Source: Clostridia bacterium (GTDB lineage Bacteria; Bacillota; Peptococcia; DRI-13; UBA5745). From it: 64,000 nt of DNA. The stretch's first letter is position 1; every line of letters begins with the position of its first letter. Position numbers and translations under genes: made by a program. Location of the stretch: NCBI GenBank assembly GCA_018436095.1, contig JAHDMJ010000009.1:128888-192887 (forward strand), given 5' to 3'. Below are positions 10,119 through 18,997 of this stretch, piece by piece. The notes below the pieces were generated by a model, which worked only from the letters and a program-made list of their open reading frames with translations, was not told the origin of the DNA and did no database searches.

Positions 10119-10334
10119 ATGCAATACAGTTATCGTTGCCCAAAATGCGGCATTTTTACTTTGGAGCAATCCATCAAAGATGAGCCGGCCAGCCATTGCC
10201 CAACTTGCAATGAGTCTGTTAAACGCATAATCGGCAAAAATGTCAATGTTATATACCGTACCACCGGCTTTTACTGTACAGATTCCGGCGCCGGCAGCAG
10301 CGGATGTCAAGGTTGTGACCGTTGCGATTCATAA
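10119..10334 (+). CDS. FmdB family zinc-ribbon protein
   Basis: MQYSYRCPKCG...HCPTC double CxxC motif, the typical FmdB N-terminus. AAGGAG SD. Confidence 0.8.
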   Translation: MQYSYRCPKCGIFTLEQSIKDEPASHCPTCNESVKRIIGKNVNVIYRTTGFYCTDSGAGSSGCQGCDRCDS

Positions 10335-10448
10335 AATGTCAAAGCATTATTTTACATTAATGCCAAAAGCTTATAAGCATATTGTATGGGATTTCGCAGA
10401 TGCTATGGGTGTAACAAAAACACTCATAATTCTAAGGAGGCAACACTC

Positions 10449-10655
10449 ATGCAAACCAATTCTATGAACACCAAAATGCCCAAAGCTTCCGCTTCTGAAC
10501 TTCTGAAGAACATGAAGAACGAAACCGCTACCGAGCTGGGCCTGTCCAACTACAGCACTGCTGACAAAGGCAACCTGACTTCCCGTCAGAACGGTTATGT
10601 CGGCGGCTACATGACCAAGAAAATGGTTAAATACGCTGAAGAAAACATGAAGTAA
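10449..10655 (+). CDS. alpha/beta-type small acid-soluble spore protein
   Basis: ELGLSNYS...GNLTSRQNGYVGGYMTKKMV matches the SASP signature regions. TAAGGAGG lies before ATG 10449, so the listed start at 10386 is unlikely. Confidence 0.9.
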   Translation: MQTNSMNTKMPKASASELLKNMKNETATELGLSNYSTADKGNLTSRQNGYVGGYMTKKMVKYAEENMK

Positions 10656-10666
10656 TCTATCTTTGT

Positions 10667-10706
10667 AAAAAGCGCCTTTGCGGCTATGGCTGCAAAGGCG
10701 CTTTTT
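10667..10706. terminator. bidirectional rho-independent terminator between convergent genes
   Basis: AGCGCCTTTGC (10671-10681) pairs with GCAAAGGCGCT (10692-10702). It is flanked by AAAA on the 5' side and TTTTT on the 3' side. Confidence 0.8.
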
Positions 10707-10754
10707 ATTACTTATTTTTTTAAAAGCCGGTCTTAAAGCCTCTTATCTGGGAAA

Positions 10755-11855
10755 TTAGTTTGCCACTTCCCGCTGGAAGCGTTCAATCCAGGCAGCTTTT
10801 TGACTGTCGATGTAATCCTGGTCAAAGGATTTCAAAGAGGATACCGCATCGGGACCAAAGGCAAGATAGGCTTTTTTGTCTTCAGGCATCGTAGCGTTTT
10901 TATTGGTGGGAGCTTCGGAAAGCTTATCGGCTACCATGCTCTGAACCTCGTCGCTAAGCATGTAGTTGACGTAAAGCTGGGCCAGCTCAGGATTGGGGCA
11001 ATTTTTGATTACGTTGATGGAGGCGGCGGCCGAGAAGCAACCTTCTGCAGGATCTACCCATTGGGCGTTAACGCCGGCAGCCTGAAGGGTGGGAACATTC
11101 ATGTCCATGAAGACGGAAACGGCAATTTCGCCGGTAGTAAAGCCGGTTTGAACGTCGGAACTGGCGCTGTAGAACTGGGCGATATTATCTTTATTGTCGG
11201 CCAGCAGCTTAAAGGCAGGATCTACGTTCTCCTGGCTGCCGCCCTGGGCTTCAGCTAAAGCTACCAGAAGGTAGGGGCCCGCAGTGGAAGCCATGTCGGG
11301 CAGGGAAAGGACGCCATTATATTTGCCGCTGAAAAGATCCAGGTAAGAAGTGGGAGCTTCCACGGCGTCGGCGTCATAAATAATGCCATAGCGCACTACA
11401 GAGTAGCAAGGGCCGTAACCTTCGGCGTCCTTGGCAAAGTCGTAGAGATTATCCAGGTTGGTTACTACGTTGGTGTCCAGCTTTTCAAAAAGACCTTCTT
11501 TGTTGCCGATGACGGCGAAGCTTTGGGACATTAGAGCAATGTCCATTTCGGGGTTGTTCTTCTGAGCCATGATTTTGTTGAGACGGTCGGCATTGCCGCT
11601 GGTTTCGTCGATGACGATCTTGCAATTGTACATCTCTTCAAAGCCCTTGGACAATTCGGCCACATTGGCGGCTGTCCAGCCCCAGGTGGCTACTACCAGC
11701 TCGGCGCCGTTGAAGTCTTTCGTCCCTTCGCCAGCAGCTTCCGTAGGTGTGGTGGGAGCGGGAGCAGGAGCCGGTTGGCCGCAGCCCGCAAGGCTAAAGA
11801 CGAGGAGTGCCACTGCTAAAAGCAGTGCGGTGTTACGAGAAAAAGACTTTTTCAT
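10755..11855 (-). CDS. ABC transporter substrate-binding lipoprotein (PotD/PotF-like family)
   Basis: Signal peptide with lipobox LAGC, about 366 aa, operon with an ATPase and two permeases. AAGGAG SD. Confidence 0.8.
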   Translation of the reverse strand: MKKSFSRNTALLLAVALLVFSLAGCGQPAPAPAPTTPTEAAGEGTKDFNGAELVVATWGWTAANVAELSKGFEEMYNCKIVIDETSGNADRLNKIMAQKNNPEMDIALMSQSFAVIGNKEGLFEKLDTNVVTNLDNLYDFAKDAEGYGPCYSVVRYGIIYDADAVEAPTSYLDLFSGKYNGVLSLPDMASTAGPYLLVALAEAQGGSQENVDPAFKLLADNKDNIAQFYSASSDVQTGFTTGEIAVSVFMDMNVPTLQAAGVNAQWVDPAEGCFSAAASINVIKNCPNPELAQLYVNYMLSDEVQSMVADKLSEAPTNKNATMPEDKKAYLAFGPDAVSSLKSFDQDYIDSQKAAWIERFQREVAN

Positions 11856-11896
11856 TTTTATAATCTCCTTACATTTATTGCAAACCCAACAGGGGT

Positions 11897-12967
11897 TTAC
11901 TTCGGATAAACAATGAGGCGGTGAGGCGGAAAAACCAAGCCTACAGAGCCTGTATCAGGGCCGTCATAACCGGCTACATTGACGTAAACAGTCTGGCCGA
12001 AAAGGCCGGATACCTCAATGCGGCTGCTGATACCTTTGTAAGTGACTGACTGAATCTCTCCCACCAGGCCGCCGGCTTTGGCCGCTTCTTCAGCGGTCAG
12101 CAGCATAATATTTTCAGGACGGATAGCTAGCTGCACTTCGCTGCCGGCAGGATAGGGACAAGCCTCCGCCGGCACCGGTACCGGCAATTTTTTGTTGCCG
12201 CAAAGGATAGAGGTCAGGCCCTCGGCGGTTGCCTCTACCACGCCGGGAATAAAGTTGGCATAACCCATAAATTCCGCCACAAAGGGGTTGTGGGGCCGGT
12301 CAAAAATATTTTGCGGCGTATCGGTCTGCAGGATTTTGCCGCAGCGCATTACCACCACCCGGTCCGCCAGGGACACGGCCTCTTCTTGATCGTGAGTGAC
12401 AATAATCGTAGTGATATTAAGCTCTCTCTGAATGCGTTTAATCTCTACCTGCATCTCCGCCCGCAGCTTGGCGTCAAGGTTGGAGAGAGGCTCGTCCAAA
12501 AGCAGCACATGAGGCCGGGTAACTAAGGCCCGGGCCAGGGCTACCCGCTGCTGCTGCCCGCCGGACAGCTCCCTGGGGAAACGTTTGGCCAGTTCCCCCA
12601 GCTTTACCAGCCGGAGGATTTCTTCCACCCGGGTCTTAATTTCGGCTTGGGGCAGTTTTTGCAGCTTGAGGCCGAAAGCGATATTGTCGTAGGAGGTGAG
12701 GTGAGGAAATAGTGCATAGTTTTGAAAAAAGATACCCACATTGCGTTTATAAGAAGGGATGGCGTTAAGTACCCGGCCGTCCAAAGCCACTTCGCCGGAA
12801 GTGGGGGCGGTAAAACCGGCGATCATCCTCAGGGTAGTAGTTTTGCCGCAGCCGCTTTCCCCCAGCAGGGCTACCATTTCGCCATCCTCCACAGTAAGAT
12901 CGATGTGATCTACGGCAGTGAAGCTGCCATATTGTTTCGTAAGTTGGGTAAGTGTTAGTACGGCCAT
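11897..12967 (-). CDS. ABC transporter ATP-binding protein (PotA-like, with C-terminal TOBE-type region)
   Basis: Walker A GESGCGKTT, signature LSGGQQQRVALARAL, Walker B LLLDEPLSNLD. Confidence 0.9.
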   Translation of the reverse strand: MAVLTLTQLTKQYGSFTAVDHIDLTVEDGEMVALLGESGCGKTTTLRMIAGFTAPTSGEVALDGRVLNAIPSYKRNVGIFFQNYALFPHLTSYDNIAFGLKLQKLPQAEIKTRVEEILRLVKLGELAKRFPRELSGGQQQRVALARALVTRPHVLLLDEPLSNLDAKLRAEMQVEIKRIQRELNITTIIVTHDQEEAVSLADRVVVMRCGKILQTDTPQNIFDRPHNPFVAEFMGYANFIPGVVEATAEGLTSILCGNKKLPVPVPAEACPYPAGSEVQLAIRPENIMLLTAEEAAKAGGLVGEIQSVTYKGISSRIEVSGLFGQTVYVNVAGYDGPDTGSVGLVFPPHRLIVYPK

Positions 12968-12988
12968 AATGGTCGGCCCCTTTCTTGT

Positions 12989-13783
12989 TTACTTGACAAA
13001 CATGTCCAGCCCCAAAAACCGCTCCAGCAGCAAAATGGCAGTAAAGGAAAATAAAATTAAGACTGTGGAGATAGCCGCCAAGGTGGGGTCAAAGGAAAAT
13101 TCCATATAATTCATAATCCGGATGGGCAAAGTGATAAACTTCGGAGAGCTTAAGAGGCTGCCCAGAACGGCTTCATCAAAGGAGTAAAGGAAGGACAGGA
13201 GGGCGCCGGCAATGACGCCGGGCTTAATCAGGGGCAGGGTTACCTTGAAGAAGACCTGCAAAGGATTGGCCCCCAGGCTGGAGGCGGCATCTTCCAGGGT
13301 CCAGTTAAAAGTGGAGAGCACCGCCAAAGTATTGCGCAGAATATAAGGTAAGACAATGACCAGGTGGCCCAGAAAAATCCGCAAACCTCCCGGTATGGAG
13401 CCAATGGCGCTAAAAATCTGCAGCAGCACAAAAGCAAAGGTAATGGAAGGCACATACATAGGCGAGGTGAAAAAGGCCACCAAGCCATCCCGGCCTTTAA
13501 AGCTGTAGCGGCTGACGGCCAGGGAGGCCGTTACGCCCAGGAAAACATCGACGGCGGTGGCCGCTACCGCAATTTGGATGCTGTTGATAAAGCCGCTGAC
13601 AAAGTTGGTGGAGGAGCTGAAAATCCGCAGATACCACTCCAAGGAAAAGCCTTTAGGCGGGAAAACCACCAATGCCGTAGGGCTGAAGGAAGCCAGAATA
13701 ATTACGATGAGAGGGGCCATCAAAAAAAGCAGTACAAGGGCAGCCATGATTTTTGGGAAAAGGCCTACGGGTTTATCATCCAT
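12989..13783 (-). CDS. ABC transporter permease (PotC-like)
   Basis: Six-TM permease. ATG 13783 (MDDKPVG) overlaps the upstream stop codon (ATGGATGA), which fits better than the listed start at 13825. Confidence 0.8.
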   Translation of the reverse strand: MDDKPVGLFPKIMAALVLLFLMAPLIVIILASFSPTALVVFPPKGFSLEWYLRIFSSSTNFVSGFINSIQIAVAATAVDVFLGVTASLAVSRYSFKGRDGLVAFFTSPMYVPSITFAFVLLQIFSAIGSIPGGLRIFLGHLVIVLPYILRNTLAVLSTFNWTLEDAASSLGANPLQVFFKVTLPLIKPGVIAGALLSFLYSFDEAVLGSLLSSPKFITLPIRIMNYMEFSFDPTLAAISTVLILFSFTAILLLERFLGLDMFVK

Positions 13784-14621
13784 TTTTGGCACCTCCCACC
13801 CGCTTGGCAATACCGGCGGTGGCATAATTATAAAGCAGCAGCATGATCAAGATGGTAAAGAGCAGGATATAGCTGATGGCCGAAGCAAAGCCCCAATTGA
13901 AATTCACGTTGATCTCCTGAAAAACCATGGTGCTCATCATACGAAAACGGGCGCCGCCCAAAAGCTTGGGCGTCACGTAGGAAGTCATACTTAAAGTGAA
14001 GACGAGAATGCTGCCGGCAATAATCCCCGGCGTAGATAAAGGAAACACCACCTTAAAAAAGGTTTGCAAGGGATTGGCTCCCAGGCTGGCGGCGGCGTAC
14101 TCTACATTGCGGTCGATACCCTGAAGCACGCTGGTAATGGACAAAATCATATAGGGCACCAGCAAGTGCACCAGGCCGATAATTACGGCCACCGGGGTAT
14201 TCATAATCTTCAAAGGAGCGCTGACCAGGCCGATAGCTTGCAGAAATTGATTGAGCAGGCCTTTATTGCCCAAAATGACCATCCAGCCGTAAGAACGGAC
14301 TACGGCACTGACCAGAAAGGGGAAAATAACGACGATCATCAGGATGCTTTTGATCCTTGAGGGAGTCCGGGCCAAAAAATAGGCCGTGGGATATCCCAAA
14401 AGCAATGAAATTACGGTTACCTGGAGAGAGATTTTCAGTGTGTTCCAGAGTATATCCCGGTAAAAACTGTCGGACAAAAATTTGATAAAATTACTTACGC
14501 CGTCGGCCTGCAGCGTCCGCACCAAAATCCAGAGCATAGGCGCAACAAAGAGCACCGCCAGAGTCAAGAGGGTGGGCAGAGCCAGCCAAAAGGCGGGGCT
14601 AAGCCTGAACCGTGTCTTCAT
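13776..14621 (-). CDS. ABC transporter permease (PotB-like)
   Basis: Multi-TM permease. AGGAGG lies 6 nt before ATG 14621 (MKTRF). The listed TTG at 14636 sits inside that SD. Confidence 0.8.
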   Translation of the reverse strand: MKTRFRLSPAFWLALPTLLTLAVLFVAPMLWILVRTLQADGVSNFIKFLSDSFYRDILWNTLKISLQVTVISLLLGYPTAYFLARTPSRIKSILMIVVIFPFLVSAVVRSYGWMVILGNKGLLNQFLQAIGLVSAPLKIMNTPVAVIIGLVHLLVPYMILSITSVLQGIDRNVEYAAASLGANPLQTFFKVVFPLSTPGIIAGSILVFTLSMTSYVTPKLLGGARFRMMSTMVFQEINVNFNWGFASAISYILLFTILIMLLLYNYATAGIAKRVGGAKNG

Positions 14622-16350
14622 GCATATCCTCCTCAATTAAGGCTATCCACTCCTTGCGCACCACATCGATAAGACCTTTATCGGTAAGCTTGATCTCGGG
14701 AGAGACGGCCAAAGCCATCAACGTAAGAAAAGTCAGGGTTTCGGCATGATTCAGTCCCATGGTTTGAGCCGCCCGGTCCAGGGCAGCAAACTTTTCGGCC
14801 AAGGCAGCCATATCGTCTTCACAGAGGATACCGGCAATAGGCAGGGGAATGGCGCAGAGGACTTTGCCTTCCAGCGCCGCCGCTACGCCGCCGCCGGCAG
14901 CGATCAGGGTATTGGCAGCCAGAAGGCCATCGCTGTCATTTTGACTGAAAACCACCAGGTTGTGGCAATCGTGAGCGTAGGTAGTGGCCAATGCTCCCCG
15001 GAAGCTCTCCAGATTAGCCAGCAGGCCCAAACTGCGGCCGGCCTTACCGGTATAGCGCTCAAAAACAGCCATCTTCACCAGATTTCCCTGCTGCAGCACG
15101 CCCTTTTCCACGGTGCAGGTTCGGCGAACCCGCCGGGTACGGGAGGTTTTACCGTCTTGCTCAATGGCATTGACAGTAGCCTGCTCTCCCGGGGCGGCGA
15201 TAATAAAGTCCGCCGCCGTAAGCTGGGGCAGCTTCATGGTATGGTAAGCCGCGCCAGGGATGGGGAAACCGCTGATCGGCTCAAGAATTTGACGGTCTTG
15301 GGCAATCAGGCGGCCGCCGATATAGACTTGCTGCACCTCCAGTTTCTCAAGGGAGGAGACCAGGAGAATATCGGCTTTGCGGCCCGGAGACAAGGCGCCC
15401 ACATCATAAAGCCTTAATCCCTCGGCGGAATTGAGGGTGGCGTAGCGGACAGCTTTGATGGGATCAAGGCCCAAGTCTATGGCTTGCCTGAGTATGGCGG
15501 CGAGGTGGCCTTTGGAAGCCAGACGGGAAATAGGCACGTCGTCGGTAACCAGCATAATGCGGTCCTGGGCCGGTGAGGAGTTAAGGCTGGCCATCAGTTC
15601 AGCCGTTAAAAATCTTTCCTGAATCTGTACCCGCATACCGTTGCCCAGTTTTTCCCTGACTAAATCCGCATCCATGTAGGTATGATCCATAAAAATACCG
15701 GCAGCGGTAAAGGCTTGCAATTCTTTGCCCCGTAAAGTGGGAACATGGCCGTCGATCAAAGCATTAACCTTCTTGGCAGCAGCCAGAATGGCCATCATTT
15801 TGGGTTCCCCTGCCACAACGCCCAGAAAATCCATGATCTCGCCTACGCCGTGTATTTCGGGCAGGCTTAACAGTTCGGCAATATCCTCTCCTGTGATATC
15901 CGCACCGGAAGTCTCATAGCCGGGCAGGGAGGGGATGGTGGAGGGGGCCATAATATGAACCCGCAAGGGCAGATCACGGGTCATGGCAATCAGCATTTTT
16001 ACGCCTTCCTTGCCCATGACATTGCCGATTTCGTGAGGATCGGCAACCACCGTAGTGGTGCCCATAGGAATGATGGCTTCCGCAAAATGGGCGGGGGTCA
16101 TCATGCTGCTTTCCAGGTGCATGTGGCCGTCCACCAAGCCGGGGATGGCAAAGAGCCCTTTTGCGTCTATGGTTTTCTTTGCCCGGTGCTCCGGCTCAAA
16201 GGGGCCGGCATAGGCGATGGTATCTCCCACAATACCAATATCAGCGGGAAAGATGACTTCACCGGTAAAAACATTGAGCAGCCGCAGACCGCAAATGGCC
16301 AGGTCAAAGGGAGCCTTTCCCGCAGCAGCTTGTACGATCTGTTTTTCCAT
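14599..16350 (-). CDS. ade: adenine deaminase
   Basis: GLVDGHMHLESSMMTP metal-binding motif, about 583 aa, two-domain layout. AGGAG lies 9 nt before ATG 16350. Confidence 0.85.
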   Translation of the reverse strand: MEKQIVQAAAGKAPFDLAICGLRLLNVFTGEVIFPADIGIVGDTIAYAGPFEPEHRAKKTIDAKGLFAIPGLVDGHMHLESSMMTPAHFAEAIIPMGTTTVVADPHEIGNVMGKEGVKMLIAMTRDLPLRVHIMAPSTIPSLPGYETSGADITGEDIAELLSLPEIHGVGEIMDFLGVVAGEPKMMAILAAAKKVNALIDGHVPTLRGKELQAFTAAGIFMDHTYMDADLVREKLGNGMRVQIQERFLTAELMASLNSSPAQDRIMLVTDDVPISRLASKGHLAAILRQAIDLGLDPIKAVRYATLNSAEGLRLYDVGALSPGRKADILLVSSLEKLEVQQVYIGGRLIAQDRQILEPISGFPIPGAAYHTMKLPQLTAADFIIAAPGEQATVNAIEQDGKTSRTRRVRRTCTVEKGVLQQGNLVKMAVFERYTGKAGRSLGLLANLESFRGALATTYAHDCHNLVVFSQNDSDGLLAANTLIAAGGGVAAALEGKVLCAIPLPIAGILCEDDMAALAEKFAALDRAAQTMGLNHAETLTFLTLMALAVSPEIKLTDKGLIDVVRKEWIALIEEDMHEDTVQA

Positions 16351-16436
16351 TGGCATAAACTCCTTTTAACATAAACATATAGGCAACATATTAATGATAG
16401 ACTAACAGGCTATGACTGTCAATTCTCAATTCCACA

Positions 16437-16493
16437 TGGTATAATGAGCAAACGTATGGGACAGAGGATTCGTTTGCGTGCAGGTATAATGAG
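16437..16493 (+). promoter_or_regulatory. two tandem -10 elements sharing an exact 11-nt duplication, separated by a hairpin
   Basis: TGGTATAATGAG at 16437-16448 (extended -10) and GGTATAATGAG at 16483-16493. The hairpin GCAAACG...CGTTTGC (16449-16477) lies between them. Both are upstream of the M20 gene. Confidence 0.45.
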
Positions 16494-16510
16494 GGCGAGG
16501 AGGAGACGAT

Positions 16511-17815
16511 ATGAATAAAGAAGAACTAAAAATAAAAGTGCTGGAGCAGATCGACAAAAATGCCCAGCGCATCATCGAAATCGGTCAAACCATTTTCCAA
16601 AATCCCGAGCTGGGATTTAAAGAATATAAGACTGCCGCCCTGACGGCAGATACCCTGGAAAGCCTTGGGCTGGAATGCCAAAAAGGCTTGGCCCTCACCG
16701 GCGTTAAGGCAGCGGCAGGAAAAAACCAAGGCCCCCGGGTGATGGTTATGGGAGAACTGGACGCCGTTGTCTGCCCTTTGCATCCTGATGCCGACAAACA
16801 GACGGGAGCAGCCCATTCCTGCGGTCATAATTCCCAGATTGCCGCCATGCTGGGGGCGGCTATGGGGCTGGTGCCTTTTATGGAGCACCTGGACGGGCAG
16901 GCTGTCTTTGTAGGCGTACCTGCCGAAGAATACGTAGAGCTGGAATTCCGGGAAAGGCTGCGGCAGGAAGGGAAAATCCGCTTCTTTGGCGGCAAGCAGG
17001 AGTTTATCCGCCTGGGCATCCTGGATGATGTGGATATGGGGCTGATGATCCATTCCCATGCCGGCGTGGAGGAGCGGAAATTTCTATTGGATTGCGACAG
17101 CTCCGGCTTTTTGGGCAAGCTGATTGTCTTCACCGGCAAGGAGGCTCATGCCGGGGCAGAGCCCCATATGGGTATTAACGCGCTGAATGCGGCGTCTCTC
17201 GCCATGATGGCCATCAATTCCCAACGGGAGACCTTCCGGGAAGCCGACCGTATCCGGGTCCACCCCATCATTACGAAGGGCGGCGACCTAGTAAACATTG
17301 TTCCTGCCGACGTCCGCATGGAAACCTATGTGCGGGGCCGCAGCATCAGCGCCGTGGTAGATGCGGCTCAAAAGGTGGACCGGGCCTTGAAAGGCAGTGC
17401 TTATGCCATCGGCGCCGAAGTGAAGATCACCAACGTTCCCGGCTATTTGCCTTTGATTCAAAACCAGCGGCTTAATACCCTGTTTGCCGGGAATTCCGCC
17501 CAGCTTTTGGGTGAGGAGAACAACCTTACGGGCTATGAGCTGATGGGTTCTACCGATGCAGGGGATGTCAGTTCCCTTATGCCCTTGATCCATGTTTCTA
17601 CAGGCGGTTATGCCGGTACGGCCCACAGTAAGGATTTTGCCATTTGCGATCCGGAGATGGCTTATGTGATGCCTGCCAAAGCTATGGCCATGACCGTCAT
17701 CGATTTGCTTTGGGCAGGGGCTGTTGAAGCCAAGCAGATCATGGCGGGGCACCGGCCCGCTTTCAGCAAAGAGGAGTATGTAGCTTTTTGGGAAGGCTAT
17801 AACCAGGACATGTAA
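16511..17815 (+). CDS. M20 family metallopeptidase / amidohydrolase
   Basis: HSCGHN metal-binding region, about 434 aa. GAGGAGGAG SD. Confidence 0.8.
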   Translation: MNKEELKIKVLEQIDKNAQRIIEIGQTIFQNPELGFKEYKTAALTADTLESLGLECQKGLALTGVKAAAGKNQGPRVMVMGELDAVVCPLHPDADKQTGAAHSCGHNSQIAAMLGAAMGLVPFMEHLDGQAVFVGVPAEEYVELEFRERLRQEGKIRFFGGKQEFIRLGILDDVDMGLMIHSHAGVEERKFLLDCDSSGFLGKLIVFTGKEAHAGAEPHMGINALNAASLAMMAINSQRETFREADRIRVHPIITKGGDLVNIVPADVRMETYVRGRSISAVVDAAQKVDRALKGSAYAIGAEVKITNVPGYLPLIQNQRLNTLFAGNSAQLLGEENNLTGYELMGSTDAGDVSSLMPLIHVSTGGYAGTAHSKDFAICDPEMAYVMPAKAMAMTVIDLLWAGAVEAKQIMAGHRPAFSKEEYVAFWEGYNQDM

Positions 17816-18019
17816 GTAATCCTCCTATGGTATTGGAAGGGTTTCTGGATTAAAAAAATTCCCGTCCCTTACCTTTTCCTTCAGTTCTCATTCATGCTCT
17901 TGTCCTGGGGTTTTGCTCACCGCCTGTTGTAATTTCCTCTCTATATGTTAAAATATATAGTCTTCGCTTAATCATTTGTGAGAAATCTTTTTTTATTCTT
18001 GTTGAATCTTGCGTTTTGT

Positions 18020-18259
18020 GATATCTGTAAAAAGGAGCCGGATTTTGAGACTTTGCGACGTCTCGCCGAATTTTTTGACGTAACTATCGACTACACTTAT
18101 TGACCGAAGTAACATGGAAAAAGTTTCTCCTGAAGCGGTTTTGGCCTGGACAATGGGTTGATCGCAGTTTATAGGAGTTTAAATGAGGAAAATAAAGAGA
18201 TTATCTTTAGCTTATTAAAAACCATGAATAATCAGCTAAATATGAGTGATGAAAAATAG
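18020..18259 (+). pseudogene. decayed XRE-family helix-turn-helix regulator (N-terminus lost, at least two frameshifts)
   Basis: Three fragments lie in three frames: ..CKKEPDFETLRRLAEFFDVTIDYTY* (stop 18100-18102), LIDRSNMEKVSPEAVLAWTMG*, and GLDNGLIAVYRSLNEENKEIIFSLLKTMNNQLNMSDEK* (stop 18257-18259). Joined together they read like the C-terminal two thirds of a Firmicute XRE repressor. Confidence 0.6.
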
Positions 18260-18355
18260 ATGTACGGACAATGGTACAGTTGTTTTGATAGAATTAAGCA
18301 AATTATATCAAATATATAAGATGCTATAGCAGAGAACTTTAAGGAGTGTGTTGAT

Positions 18356-18997
18356 ATGGCAAATTGGGAAACAATGCTACCAGAATCCCTTAGAATGAAA
18401 TATGAAATTTACAGCTTTAATCATGCTATTGAAATATTAACTCAAGCATACAATAAAGAATTTGCGGAGACGGTCGATGCCTTGGATAATTTGAATATAA
18501 TGATGTCTGATTTAATTAAGTCCGGTGGCAATGAATCTGCTATTCCTAAAAAATTATCCGAAATATTAAGGCCACTTGGATGGCAAGAAGTCAAGATTTC
18601 CGGTGATTTATTAGTTATACTGCGTACCAGAAATCCCTCCTCAGAAACTCAGCACACAATAAAAAATTACATAGACGGGCATAACATCGATTATGTAAAA
18701 GGCAAAGTTGCTTTGGATATGGAATGGAACAGCAAAGATCAAACATTTGATCGTGATCTTTATGCTTTTCGCACATTTTACGAGTGCGGGGTTATCGCTT
18801 GTGGTATTATTATTACAAGAAGCGAGCGACTCAATCAAGTATTTGCACAAGCTGGCATATTGCATAAATACGGTGCCAGCACAACTTGGATGGGAAAATT
18901 GATTCCCCGGATTCAATCAGGCCGGCATGGAGGCTGTCCGCTACTCGTTTTTGGTATTTTACCCAACGCCATCACCGATTGGAGGGATGATGAATGA
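18356..18997 (+). CDS. type II restriction endonuclease, BamHI/BglII-fold candidate
   Basis: NIDYVKGKVALDMEWNSKD...IACGIIITRS resembles the D...ExE/Q catalytic strand of BamHI (VGMEFETGN) and BglII (DIDFGKRDTLVEVQF). N-terminal ILTQAYNKE resembles BamHI LIQQAYNEV. The stop overlaps the methyltransferase start (ATGA). The comparison is from memory, not a search. Confidence 0.6.
   Translation: MANWETMLPESLRMKYEIYSFNHAIEILTQAYNKEFAETVDALDNLNIMMSDLIKSGGNESAIPKKLSEILRPLGWQEVKISGDLLVILRTRNPSSETQHTIKNYIDGHNIDYVKGKVALDMEWNSKDQTFDRDLYAFRTFYECGVIACGIIITRSERLNQVFAQAGILHKYGASTTWMGKLIPRIQSGRHGGCPLLVFGILPNAITDWRDDE

Noticed and set aside
10386-10448. N-terminal extension of the SASP ORF. The overlapping ORFs at 10240..10467 and 10021..10230 raise the same question.
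   Set aside because: The strong TAAGGAGG site sits directly before the internal ATG at 10449. SASPs are about 60-70 aa, and the extension has no SASP-like sequence.
16351-16510. Purine riboswitch expected upstream of adenine deaminase.
   Set aside because: The reverse complement of the spacer shows no three-way junction and no conserved purine-aptamer loops. Only promoter-like elements for the divergent gene are present.
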